Assembly: GCA_964478695.1 (NCBI GenBank)
Contig: CAYZIP010000006.1
Location: 1 to 49,537, forward strand
Direction of reading: 5' to 3'
Length of the DNA: 49,537 nucleotides
Source of the DNA: an uncultured Candidatus Saccharibacteria bacterium
Lineage (GTDB): Bacteria; Patescibacteriota; Saccharimonadia; JAGOAT01; CAYZIP01
Shown here: positions 19,703 through 28,811 of the stretch, one piece after another
Layout: each line of letters opens with the position of its first letter
Numbering within the stretch: the first letter of the stretch is position 1
Notes under the pieces: generated by a model
The model's database searches: none
Told to the model about the DNA's origin: nothing
What the model saw: the letters and a program-made list of their open reading frames with translations, nothing else
Translations under genes and position numbers: made by a program

Positions 19703-20506
19703 ATGAAAACAAATTATTTCACATCACACAAAAACTTAATAGAGCCAAATAAAGCTCTTGGCAAAAAACAGCTAGCCACTGCATTAAGACAAGACGGTTT
19801 GTCTGGTGTAATGTCAGATAAAGAGATAGCTGCACTATATAACAGTGGTGATATTATTATTCATCCTCTTGCCACTGGTGATATATCTCGCATCAAAGGA
19901 TCTTCCATCGATCTTCGTTTAGGAAAATTCTACTTTAGGGTTGGTCAAAACTATCACGAAAAATATTTGAATGCTTTTGATAAAAAATCTATTAATGATT
20001 ATTTTGGACCATATCAAAGTGCAATTCCTCATGATTTATGGTGTCAACAAAATAAGGCTAAACCTTTTAAAGGGATTTCTAAAGACAGTCTGATCATAGT
20101 GCTTGCTCCTGGGGAGCGTATATTGGGGCACACTCATGAATTTGTAGGTATTTCATCCGGAATAGGTACATCGTCAATGTATGCCCGATCTAGTAGTGGC
20201 AGACTGGGGCTTGCTGTTTGTGGTGATTCTGGATGGGGTGATCCTGGATACATTAATCGTTGGGCACTTGAGATAAGCAATAATAACCCATATCATACGC
20301 CTTTAGTTGTTGGGGCAAGATATATGCAGATAGTATTTTATTGGACAGGTATAGTGGAGCAAGATTATGGTAAAATTGGCAATTATCAAAGCTCTATATC
20401 TTTGCAAGAATTAATTGATAATTGGCACCCCAACAAACTACTACCTAATATACTGCAAACTGAAGGGGATATGCTAGAACCTTTAGATATAGATAATAAA
20501 TTCTAG
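19703..20506 (+). CDS. dcd: dCTP deaminase family protein
   Basis: SSIDLRLG, LAPGERILGHTHE, ARSSSGRLG, GDPGY, LEISN, MQIVF. Confidence 0.88.
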   Translation: MKTNYFTSHKNLIEPNKALGKKQLATALRQDGLSGVMSDKEIAALYNSGDIIIHPLATGDISRIKGSSIDLRLGKFYFRVGQNYHEKYLNAFDKKSINDYFGPYQSAIPHDLWCQQNKAKPFKGISKDSLIIVLAPGERILGHTHEFVGISSGIGTSSMYARSSSGRLGLAVCGDSGWGDPGYINRWALEISNNNPYHTPLVVGARYMQIVFYWTGIVEQDYGKIGNYQSSISLQELIDNWHPNKLLPNILQTEGDMLEPLDIDNKF

Positions 20507-20538
20507 TTTAATCTTACTACTTTAAAAAAGCACTATAG

Positions 20539-21321
20539 CTATTTAGATGATTGAATTACAAAATCAATCATCTTACTAAACCCATCTGCCCTCAAGCTGG
20601 CTCCCCCCACTAGGTAACCGCTGCAATCATCAATATCAATATATTGCTCAATATTATCCATAGAGACAGATCCACCATATAGCAATGGAATATGCTCCCC
20701 TGGCTCTTTAAAAGAATTAACTAATATCTGACGAATGTGAGTATTCATCTTATTGATTTCCTCCAGACTAGCATCAATGGCATGTTCAGATGTAGATATA
20801 GACCATATGGGCTCATAGGCTATGCTAATAGAACGCAATTCTTCTAGGCTAACATTAGATAAATCGGCCAAGACTTGATCGGCTACTACTACATAGCTGA
20901 GTCCATCCATGCGTTGCTGATAATTTTCTCCCACACATAGCACCACCTTGAGATTGGCTCGCAAAGCTTGAGCTATTTTTTCAGAAATATTTTGATCACT
21001 TTGATTTAAATACATTCTTGATTCAGAATGACCAATGATAGTATAACTAGCAAAACTACCAATATCATCAGCACAGACCTGAGAAGTAAAGGCTCCATAG
21101 CTATGAACTGAAACATCTTGAGCTGATAATGACACCTTGCTTCTAGGATGGTGCTGCTTTAAGCACTGTTGTAGTATGGGCAATGATAAATATGAACTAG
21201 CTATAATAAGATTGCATTTGGCAAGCTCTTTGGGCATAACTCTGGATAAAATAGATTCTAGCAATACCTCGGCTTCTTTGACCGATAAATTGTTTTTCCA
21301 ATTAGCAATGATGGTTTTCAT
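20539..21321 (-). CDS. tpiA: Triosephosphate isomerase
   Basis: ANWKNN, IIGHSESR, AYEPIW, YGGSV, LVGGASL. Confidence 0.93.
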   Translation of the reverse strand: MKTIIANWKNNLSVKEAEVLLESILSRVMPKELAKCNLIIASSYLSLPILQQCLKQHHPRSKVSLSAQDVSVHSYGAFTSQVCADDIGSFASYTIIGHSESRMYLNQSDQNISEKIAQALRANLKVVLCVGENYQQRMDGLSYVVVADQVLADLSNVSLEELRSISIAYEPIWSISTSEHAIDASLEEINKMNTHIRQILVNSFKEPGEHIPLLYGGSVSMDNIEQYIDIDDCSGYLVGGASLRADGFSKMIDFVIQSSK

Positions 21322-21435
21322 TAATTACTCTTTTTTAAAGCCTTAATATTAAATATATTAGCATAAGCAGCTTTGTAGGCATTTGACATGAACCAGTGGT
21401 TAACAATAATATAGACTTATATTAAAATAAAAGTT

Positions 21436-22458
21436 ATGAATAAAAAAACAGGGGTAAAAACAAAAACAAATATATTGCGTAAGTGGCTGATAGCACATAA
21501 ACACAATAACCATAGACCACATCTTACTAGGAGTAAATCTTTATTAGTAATAATGTTTTTGGTGCTGAGTCTACAAGTATTTAGCAATGTGTTAATAGCA
21601 AAAAAACCTTCTGTATTAGGTTATGCTACAGATATTAATGCTAGCACAATTATATCTTTAACAAATTCCTATAGAAGTGGAGGGGGATTGTCGTCTTTAA
21701 GCTATAATCAGGCCCTAACTAATGCCGCAGCCGCCAAGGCTAATGATATGCTTAGTAGTCAATATTGGGCCCATGATAATCCTAACGGCACCACCCCTTG
21801 GTATTTTTTTAATGCGGCTGGATATAGCTATAGTTATGCAGGAGAGAATTTAGCTAAAGACTTTAATACTAGTGCCGGAGTACTAAGTGGATGGATGAAT
21901 AGTCCTGGCCATAAGGCCAATATTATGAATGGTAATTATACCAATATAGGCGTAGCTGTAATAAATGGTACATTGCTAGGATCTCAAACAACTTTAGTGG
22001 TAGCCTTATACGGGACTCCAGCTGGGGTTAACCCTACCCCTACCCCAGCTGCTAAGCAAAATACCCAAACCAGCAATACTCAACCTTCTGCAGAGAAACA
22101 GCCAGATAATACTCCTAGTGCCAATCAAGGAAGTCAGCTTAATAAAGATTTGAATTTAGTAAAAGAATTTAACAAAGACACAGGAGGATTTGTCACCGTC
22201 TCAACACCAAAAGAAAATATAAATTATAAGAGACAATTACCTAATGTCAACCTACTTCTTAGTTCTAGTAGCTGGCCTACCAAAATTGCTATTTTACTGC
22301 TGATTACTTTAGCCCTAGTGATGCTAGGAGAAGTATTGGTCAGAATTAGAGATCAAATACATCACGATAGACACTTTACTCAGCCTCTAGCTCAAGCATC
22401 TTTGATAATTATTGCCATTATTATGCTAAGCTATAGTTTTATTGGGAATGTATTGTAG
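21436..22458 (+). CDS. CAP/SCP-domain membrane protein
   Basis: HNNHRPH N-terminus, TM, CAP motifs (AAAAKANDM, YWAH, AGENLA, WMNSPGHKANI), linker, two C-terminal TMs. Confidence 0.88.
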   Translation: MNKKTGVKTKTNILRKWLIAHKHNNHRPHLTRSKSLLVIMFLVLSLQVFSNVLIAKKPSVLGYATDINASTIISLTNSYRSGGGLSSLSYNQALTNAAAAKANDMLSSQYWAHDNPNGTTPWYFFNAAGYSYSYAGENLAKDFNTSAGVLSGWMNSPGHKANIMNGNYTNIGVAVINGTLLGSQTTLVVALYGTPAGVNPTPTPAAKQNTQTSNTQPSAEKQPDNTPSANQGSQLNKDLNLVKEFNKDTGGFVTVSTPKENINYKRQLPNVNLLLSSSSWPTKIAILLLITLALVMLGEVLVRIRDQIHHDRHFTQPLAQASLIIIAIIMLSYSFIGNVL

Positions 22459-22469
22459 GGTGAAAAATT

Positions 22470-22760
22470 ATGGCTAGAAAAAAAGTTATTAGTAAAAAAA
22501 GTTCAACCAAAAATTTGATCCTTTCTAGGGAAAGTAGTCAGCACTGGATCATGTTAATTGTGATCAATATTGGACTAGTCACCATACTAGCACTATTTAG
22601 AAATGGCATAGAAAAGCTATTACTAGCCATAATAGTACTAATATATGTATTATGGCATAGCTGGAATCACTATAAAAAGAATAACCTAAAACTCGAAATA
22701 ATGTTTGAGTATTTTTTAGTCGCTTTAATCACCTGGATTATTTATAGTTCTATTCATTAA
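22470..22760 (+). CDS. Small three-TM hypothetical membrane protein
   Basis: 96 aa, three hydrophobic segments, YVLWHSWNHY...EY motif; 11 nt after the CAP gene. Confidence 0.7.
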   Translation: MARKKVISKKSSTKNLILSRESSQHWIMLIVINIGLVTILALFRNGIEKLLLAIIVLIYVLWHSWNHYKKNNLKLEIMFEYFLVALITWIIYSSIH

Positions 22761-22842
22761 TTTTAGATATAAAAGTTTTTACAATTGTTTAGATTAGGTT
22801 TTATCTTAAAAAGATATAGTATAGGCTATATAAAGAACAATG

Positions 22843-22988
22843 TTGTTACTATCGTCTGTTCATAGTAGTATATATGCATACCTCATCTTGTAGGGATTTT
22901 CCTAAAAGCATAATTCCCAAACAGACTTTTACGTCAAAGCAACCAGGCTTTTGATGAGGGCTAGAGCTACTCTAGGAGGTACAGAAGA
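22843..22988 (+). promoter_or_regulatory. Putative sigma70 promoter plus ~110-nt structured 5' leader
   Basis: TTGTTA(22843)-N17-TAGTAT(22866); cctcatc/gatgagg pairing; hairpin CTAGAG-cta-CTCTAG overlapping the SD AGGAGGT. Confidence 0.45.
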
Positions 22989-23363
22989 ATGTTGGTTAAA
23001 CATCCTCTTTGTGAGGAACGTGTAGAAGAGGTTCTGGCTATGTGTTTATACAACAGAGCAGGTGACCACCCAACAGCTAGAATCGTTACTGTTGGCATAT
23101 ACAGGCCATACGAACTGCACGCCGGAAGGCTTCGGTCTTTCGGTCAAGAAATCACCAGAATGTTGGGCGAACTACCAGAGTGCTTCCGTGACGAAAGTGG
23201 TGGAAGCTTTAGCCAGATCAGGGATGATAGATATGGAAGGCAGTGGGCTGATCAATACCGCACTGCAAGCCGTTTGATCATCCTGGGCATGGCCACAGGA
23301 CAGATTGAATACAGACCATCCCCTTGTGGCTATCCAGCCATAAGATTGGTTTGTGGTGCTTAA
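22989..23363 (+). CDS. Hypothetical protein, GC-rich, likely horizontally acquired
   Basis: Strong SD AGGAGGT; ~48% GC over three sampled lines versus ~33% in the neighbouring gene; motif LPECF...GGSFSQIRDDRYGRQW...LIILGMATG. Confidence 0.75.
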   Translation: MLVKHPLCEERVEEVLAMCLYNRAGDHPTARIVTVGIYRPYELHAGRLRSFGQEITRMLGELPECFRDESGGSFSQIRDDRYGRQWADQYRTASRLIILGMATGQIEYRPSPCGYPAIRLVCGA

Positions 23364-23391
23364 AGCATACCCCTCTCGTCCCATTTCTATC

Positions 23392-23430
23392 GAGCTCCCT
23401 AGAACCAAACTTTTTGGTTCTAGGGAGCTC
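23392..23430. repeat. Perfect 18-bp inverted repeat (terminator-like hairpin)
   Basis: gagctccctagaaccaaa-ctt-tttggttctagggagctc, 28 nt after the stop, between convergent genes. Confidence 0.85.
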
Positions 23431-23586
23431 TTCTACTGATTATTTAATAAAATTTAACTTTAATATTCCGTAATAATTGATTTATTTTTCATTAGATTTA
23501 GATATAGTAAAGTTATATTTATATATAAAAAATATTGATATGTAATACGAACACCCTGATGATCAGAGACTTGAATATGAAGCTCT

Positions 23587-24222
23587 CTATTGAGCTAATA
23601 ATTTTATTGAACCATTTGGGTTCTTTATCCCATCTGGATGAGCGTCGTCATAGCAGGTGGGCACAAACTCTTCATATATTTTACCGCCATTTTTACTAAT
23701 ACAAACCGGGCCATTTAAAGTTTCTCGATCCCAGGTTCCCGCTGGTGTCATAGCCCAAACTGCACCTGCTCCACCTGGGTAACCGTTACCATTTTCATCT
23801 GTGTCTACTTGAGCACCCTCAATGTTAACTTGGCTAATTTTACTAATTTTCCATGTTAGAGCAACAATATTCTCTCCAAAATAATGTGGCTTATTGTAGC
23901 GTAACTGTTCTGCAAGATAACTCCTAAAAGTGGTTGGGGTATAATCTGGCAACTTAGCTAAATCTGCCTCGGATTTCAGTGAAATATTAACATCATAGAC
24001 TGTAGTATCTATCTTTTTTGGGGCTACTTCTTGTTGTGTTGGTGTTGTTTCTTGTTGTTCTGGGACCACTGCTTGTTGTTTTTGTGTTGTTTGTGAAGTA
24101 TTATCAATAGCTGATTTTTTGTTCTTATACTTCAATACATACCAGCTAGCACCACCGATTAGGCCAATAGCCAAGATCATAATAATTGTAATGTCCATAA
24201 AACCTTTTTTATTAGATTTCAT
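23587..24222 (-). CDS. Exported hypothetical protein with a prepilin-like N-terminus
   Basis: MKSNKKGF followed by a hydrophobic helix, Q/T-rich linker, C-terminal Cys pair. SD AAGGAG. Confidence 0.7.
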   Translation of the reverse strand: MKSNKKGFMDITIIMILAIGLIGGASWYVLKYKNKKSAIDNTSQTTQKQQAVVPEQQETTPTQQEVAPKKIDTTVYDVNISLKSEADLAKLPDYTPTTFRSYLAEQLRYNKPHYFGENIVALTWKISKISQVNIEGAQVDTDENGNGYPGGAGAVWAMTPAGTWDRETLNGPVCISKNGGKIYEEFVPTCYDDAHPDGIKNPNGSIKLLAQ

Positions 24223-24401
24223 GCTATTCTCCTTATGTTAATAACTTACTATTATATAGTACTTTAACTTAAAAAAAATAATCTTCCTAGGTGGAGTAAT
24301 ACTCAACTACCAAGCCCTAACTTTTGGGGTCACAGAAATTAGTCCACTTTACAGATACGCACCAATCAAAAAAGACCCATCCTTGACGAAAGAATCTCTT
24401 G

Positions 24402-24477
24402 TGGTGATCCCGAGGGGATTCGAACCCCTGATCTTCAGGATGAGAACCTGATGTCCTAACCGCTAGACGACGGGACC
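24402..24477 (-). tRNA. tRNA-Glu (CUC)
   Basis: GGTCCCG...TCAGG-TTCTCAT-CCTGA...GGTTCGAATCC...CGGGATCACCA; CCA encoded. Confidence 0.95.
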
Positions 24478-24515
24478 AATAATATATAATTATAAAAAAA
24501 TATTTTATGCAAAAT

Positions 24516-24591
24516 TGGTGATCCCGAGGGGATTCGAACCCCTGATCTTCAGGATGAAAACCTGATGTCCTAACCGCTAGACGACGGGACC
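24516..24591 (-). tRNA. tRNA-Glu (UUC)
   Basis: Same sequence as the 24402-24477 copy except for anticodon TTC; CCA encoded. Confidence 0.95.
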
Positions 24592-24685
24592 AAGAAGTTA
24601 TCAGCAATGCTATTGATAACTTACTTGTATTAGTATAATATATAAAACCCTTATAAGGCTATACAGATGGAACTTTTACTGCGCT

Positions 24686-25870
24686 TTATGATAAAGCACT
24701 GATGCCAGGCAAATCCAGCCCAGACAATAAATCAAGACTAGCTCCGCCACCAGTAGAAACAAAATTATAAACCTCTAATTTTCCTATCTGATCCAAGAAA
24801 GCAGCAGTGTCTCCACCCCCCACCACCACCTCACTACCATGCTCTTGAGCTAAAATTAAATAATCCGATAACTTAATACTAGCCAAGGCAAATGGTTTTC
24901 TTTCTGAAAAACCTACAGTGCCATTCCAAAATATGGTTTTACTTTTCTCTATATAAGGCCGCCAACTCTCTATAGTTTTCGACCCTAGATCTAAAATCAT
25001 ATCATCACCAGAAACTTCGGATAATTCTTTGGCCACAACCTTAATATCATCAATAGAATTGCCCACTATAACATCTATTGGTAGTAGAACTTTTACTCCA
25101 TGCTGGTTACATAAATCATAAACATCCTTAACCTGATCATTCATATCTCTCTCGGCCACAGAAGCACCTATATCCACTTTCTGATAATATAGAAATGTAT
25201 TAGCCATAGCCCCACCTATTAGTAGATAATCGATATTGGCTACAAGATTCTTCAATACTGGCAACTTATCACTAATCTTAGCTCCCCCCATGATGGCAGT
25301 ATATGGCTTGACAGGGTTAGTAATCAACATGCTTAGCTTTTGTACCTCTCTCTCTAATAAAAAACCAGCCGCTTTATGCTGAATATCAAAAAAAGTAGCC
25401 ACGGCCGATATAGAACTATGGGCTCTATGTACGCAGCCAAAAGCATCATCTACATAAACATCCGCTAGTTTGGACAGTTCTTTTCCTAGCCCTAAATCAT
25501 TTTTCTCTTCTCCTGGCAAAAAACGAATATTCTCTAAAACTAAAATATCTTTTGGTAATAATTTATGAGCTTGATCACTAGCCTTATCTCCTATCGTCTC
25601 AGAACAAAAAGAAACATCTTGCCCCAACAAAGACGATAATCGCTTAGCAATAGGCTCTAGGCTATATTCTTTTTTAATTTGCCCATCAGGACGACCAAAA
25701 TGAGACACTATAATGATAGCTGCCCCTTGATCTAATAAATACTTAATAGTAGGCAAACTAGCTCTGATTCGATAATCATTTACTATTTCGCCTTTATCTA
25801 CTTTAATGTTATAGTCCGTTCTTAGTAGAACTTTTTTATTAGAGACATTAATATCTTTTAAATTAACCAT
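24686..25870 (-). CDS. pgk: Phosphoglycerate kinase
   Basis: LRTDYN, SHFGRP, LENIRF, DAFGCVHRAH, GGAKISDK, GGGDT, STGGGASL. Confidence 0.96.
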   Translation of the reverse strand: MVNLKDINVSNKKVLLRTDYNIKVDKGEIVNDYRIRASLPTIKYLLDQGAAIIIVSHFGRPDGQIKKEYSLEPIAKRLSSLLGQDVSFCSETIGDKASDQAHKLLPKDILVLENIRFLPGEEKNDLGLGKELSKLADVYVDDAFGCVHRAHSSISAVATFFDIQHKAAGFLLEREVQKLSMLITNPVKPYTAIMGGAKISDKLPVLKNLVANIDYLLIGGAMANTFLYYQKVDIGASVAERDMNDQVKDVYDLCNQHGVKVLLPIDVIVGNSIDDIKVVAKELSEVSGDDMILDLGSKTIESWRPYIEKSKTIFWNGTVGFSERKPFALASIKLSDYLILAQEHGSEVVVGGGDTAAFLDQIGKLEVYNFVSTGGGASLDLLSGLDLPGISALS

Positions 25871-25895
25871 CTTCTTTATACCCTCTCTTTATGAA

Positions 25896-28448
25896 TTAAA
25901 AACTTTTTAATAAATCTAGCTCTGTCTTTATCTTTTCTAGTTGATCTTTACTATCTTCTATTAATTCTACTGGAGCTTTGTCTATATAATCCTGACTACT
26001 TAAACGCTGTTCTATATGCATCCTTCTTTGTTCTAATTCTTTTATTATGGTCAGCCTTGCTTCTTCTAAGTCTTTATGCCACTGTTCACTTAAGGCAATA
26101 CTAATGCCACTATTAGCACTTAATGGTCTTAAGTACTGGCTGGTATTTTCTGTCACAACCGAACCAGAACTCTTTAATAAGAAATCTTTTTCAAACTTAC
26201 TCCAATCACTACCCAGTACCACCATTGGTTTGGCTTTAATAGCTTTAGATATGAAACGCAATCTTTTAATAGAAACAATCAAATCAGCAAAGTTCTCACT
26301 AGCAGTAGCATCTACATAAGCAATGCTACTAGGATATTTCTCTTGTGCCATCAAACCTCTTTGGGGATAAAAATATTGCCATAAATACTCACTCATAAAA
26401 GGAGCTATAGGGTGCAATGCTTTTAATACTCCAAAATATATATGCCTTAGCAAGGCAGCATTAAGATTTACTTTAGAATATTCTACATAATAGTCGGCTA
26501 AATCATCCCACACAAAACGCTGTAAACTATTTAGCACCATGGCAAAATCATCATTGTGATAATAATGTAAAATACTAGTTAGCATATTGTTATATTGGCT
26601 ACTAATCCAATGGTCAGCCATACTGCTGAGCTCTAATTGTTCCCCGTCTTTACTATCAGTCATAGCCACATTCTCTATAAATCTAGCTATATTCCATAGT
26701 TTTGTCAGAAAATTACGTTCAGATGCAACAATCTCTTCGCTAAAAGACTGTTTTTTGCCAGCCTTGGCTCTACTAATAATCCCCAAACGAAAAGCATCTG
26801 CACCATATTCATTGGTAATAACAATAGGATTAATCCCATTGTTTTTAGATTTACTCATTTTATTACCTTGTTTATCAGCCACAAGTCCATGGAAATATAC
26901 CTTTTTAAAGGGAACATCTTTGGTTAAATACAACCCAAACAATATCATTCTAGCTACCCAAAAAAATACAATATCTGCTGCTGTGTCCAGCCACTGTGTG
27001 GGATAAAAATCTTGCATATCCTTAGAATCTGGATATGACAAAACCGTCAATGGCCATTGTCCAGAGCTAAACCAAGTATCAAAAACATCTGTTTCTTCTA
27101 TAAAACCATTCTGGCCATAAGCCTTGATGGCCTCATCTCTAGTCCCTACTATAAAATCATCCTCATCATCTTTATTGTAAAAAACAGGGATATTAATACC
27201 CCACACTATTTGTCTAGAAAGATTCCAATCTTGAATATTTTCTAGCCAGTGCTCTAAGGTCTTGCGCTCTGATTCTGGTGATATAGTAATTTCTTGGTCT
27301 CTTAATACCTTCATAATACTACCAGCAAAATGCTCCATGCGCAGTAGCCACTGTTTTTTAACTATAGGCTCAATAATATCTTCTTTATCTTTATAGTTAC
27401 AGGCTACTTGATGCTTATAACTTACTATATCTGCTATTAGATTAGAAGCCTCAAGTTCTTTTACTACCGCTTCTCTGGCTACCAGTACACTCTTCCCTTC
27501 AAAATGTAGTCCATTTTTATTTAAAGTACCATCAGGATTTAATATATTTATAATAGGCAGATTATGTCTTTTAGCAATGGCAAAATCTGTTTCAGAGTGA
27601 CCAGGAGTAACTTTAACAGCTCCAGAACCAAAATCTGGATCAATCACATTGTCGGCAATAATAGGAATGTCTTTGTTTACTATTGGTAGTCTGGCTATTT
27701 TTCCTATTAAATGTTTATAGCGCCCATCCTCTGGATGCACAACAATAGCCTCATCTGCCAGCATGGTCTCGGGCCTAACTGTGGCTACGGGAACAAATTC
27801 TGGACTAACATTACCATTCTTATCTAAAAGGGGGTACTTTATATAATATAAACTATCTTCTTTTTCTATATGTTTAATTTCAAGATTCGAAAAAGTGGTT
27901 TGATACTTGGGGGAATAATTTACTATTCTCTCATCTCGATAAATTAACCCTTCCTTAAACATTTTAATAAAAGTATTTTGAGTGGTATCTATAGAATGCT
28001 TATCTAATGTGAAAGTTAGCCTACTCCAATCACAACTTATGCCCAATTTACGAATTTGCGTAATAATTAAATTCTTATTACTTTCTACATAGTCATAAAT
28101 ATCTTGATACAGTTGTTCTCTACTAAAGCTAAAACGACTTTTTCCTTCTATAGACAATTTATTCTCAAAAACAAATTGAGTTTCAAAACCAGCATGGTCT
28201 AATCCTGGAATATATAAAACATTCTTACCCATTTGTCTTTGAAAGCGAGCCTGAATATCTTGCAAAGCCAAAGAAAGTCCGTGTCCGGCATGGAGGCTTT
28301 CATTAGCATTAGGTGGAGGCATAATAATACAAAAGTTTTGCTCTTTGTTTTGTCCTTCTGTGGGAGTAAATAAGCCTAGATCTTCCCATTGCTGATATAT
28401 ATGCTCTTCATTGGCTATAAAATCAAAATATTTATCCAAACTATTCAT
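25896..28448 (-). CDS. valS: Valine--tRNA ligase; start moved to the ATG at 28448
   Basis: PPPNANESLHAGH (HIGH), ATVRPET, GSGAVKVTPGH, DTWFSSG, KMSKS. The ORF-track start at 28478 overlaps the upstream gene, whereas the 28448 ATG follows TGtTATAAT-N6. Confidence 0.95.
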   Translation of the reverse strand: MNSLDKYFDFIANEEHIYQQWEDLGLFTPTEGQNKEQNFCIIMPPPNANESLHAGHGLSLALQDIQARFQRQMGKNVLYIPGLDHAGFETQFVFENKLSIEGKSRFSFSREQLYQDIYDYVESNKNLIITQIRKLGISCDWSRLTFTLDKHSIDTTQNTFIKMFKEGLIYRDERIVNYSPKYQTTFSNLEIKHIEKEDSLYYIKYPLLDKNGNVSPEFVPVATVRPETMLADEAIVVHPEDGRYKHLIGKIARLPIVNKDIPIIADNVIDPDFGSGAVKVTPGHSETDFAIAKRHNLPIINILNPDGTLNKNGLHFEGKSVLVAREAVVKELEASNLIADIVSYKHQVACNYKDKEDIIEPIVKKQWLLRMEHFAGSIMKVLRDQEITISPESERKTLEHWLENIQDWNLSRQIVWGINIPVFYNKDDEDDFIVGTRDEAIKAYGQNGFIEETDVFDTWFSSGQWPLTVLSYPDSKDMQDFYPTQWLDTAADIVFFWVARMILFGLYLTKDVPFKKVYFHGLVADKQGNKMSKSKNNGINPIVITNEYGADAFRLGIISRAKAGKKQSFSEEIVASERNFLTKLWNIARFIENVAMTDSKDGEQLELSSMADHWISSQYNNMLTSILHYYHNDDFAMVLNSLQRFVWDDLADYYVEYSKVNLNAALLRHIYFGVLKALHPIAPFMSEYLWQYFYPQRGLMAQEKYPSSIAYVDATASENFADLIVSIKRLRFISKAIKAKPMVVLGSDWSKFEKDFLLKSSGSVVTENTSQYLRPLSANSGISIALSEQWHKDLEEARLTIIKELEQRRMHIEQRLSSQDYIDKAPVELIEDSKDQLEKIKTELDLLKSF

Positions 28449-28455
28449 ATAAATA

Positions 28456-28800
28456 TTATAACAATCCAATGCTATCATTAATAATTTTAGCTATAGACGA
28501 CATATTGTCATTATCAGCTAAGCGGCACATAAACTGATGCTGACATTTCTGACAAACTTGCAACACTTTTTGTTTCTTATTTTTGGTCACAATGGCTATT
28601 GGTTTCATAATTCCCCCACAATCTGCCCTACGATCTCCTGGGAAAAGATCTACATGCAAACTATACAGACAATTGCTGCAATGATTAGTATATCCATTAC
28701 CTTGATTAAATTTATGGCAATGTTGACAAATAAAATCTTCTTTATGGCGCTTAAACTTAGGAGTACCGACATGCTCATTATGGTCTAGCATTTTAATCAA
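28456..28800 (-). CDS. RNHCP-domain protein
   Basis: FICQHC...YTNHCSNCLYSLHVD..PGDR.ADCGGIMKP...CQKC. SD AGGAG. Confidence 0.88.
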   Translation of the reverse strand: MIKMLDHNEHVGTPKFKRHKEDFICQHCHKFNQGNGYTNHCSNCLYSLHVDLFPGDRRADCGGIMKPIAIVTKNKKQKVLQVCQKCQHQFMCRLADNDNMSSIAKIINDSIGLL

Positions 28801-28811
28801 TACTCCTATAA

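Noticed and set aside
23062-23408. Alternative-frame ORFs 23062-23277 (+) and 23172-23408 (-)
   Set aside because: They overlap 22989-23363, which has the strong SD and the family-like motif; extra open frames are expected at higher GC.
23556-23590. CTGATGA hammerhead-like box in an intergenic region
   Set aside because: A weak hairpin follows, but there is no GAAA box and no stem I or III pairing.
24402-24591. 76-bp direct repeat as a possible CRISPR array or att site
   Set aside because: Both copies are full tRNA genes; there is no spacer array and no cas gene in the window.
24317-24607. 96-aa ORF with an internal repeat (WSRRLAVRTSG...)
   Set aside because: It is the translation of the two tandem tRNA-Glu genes, not a protein.
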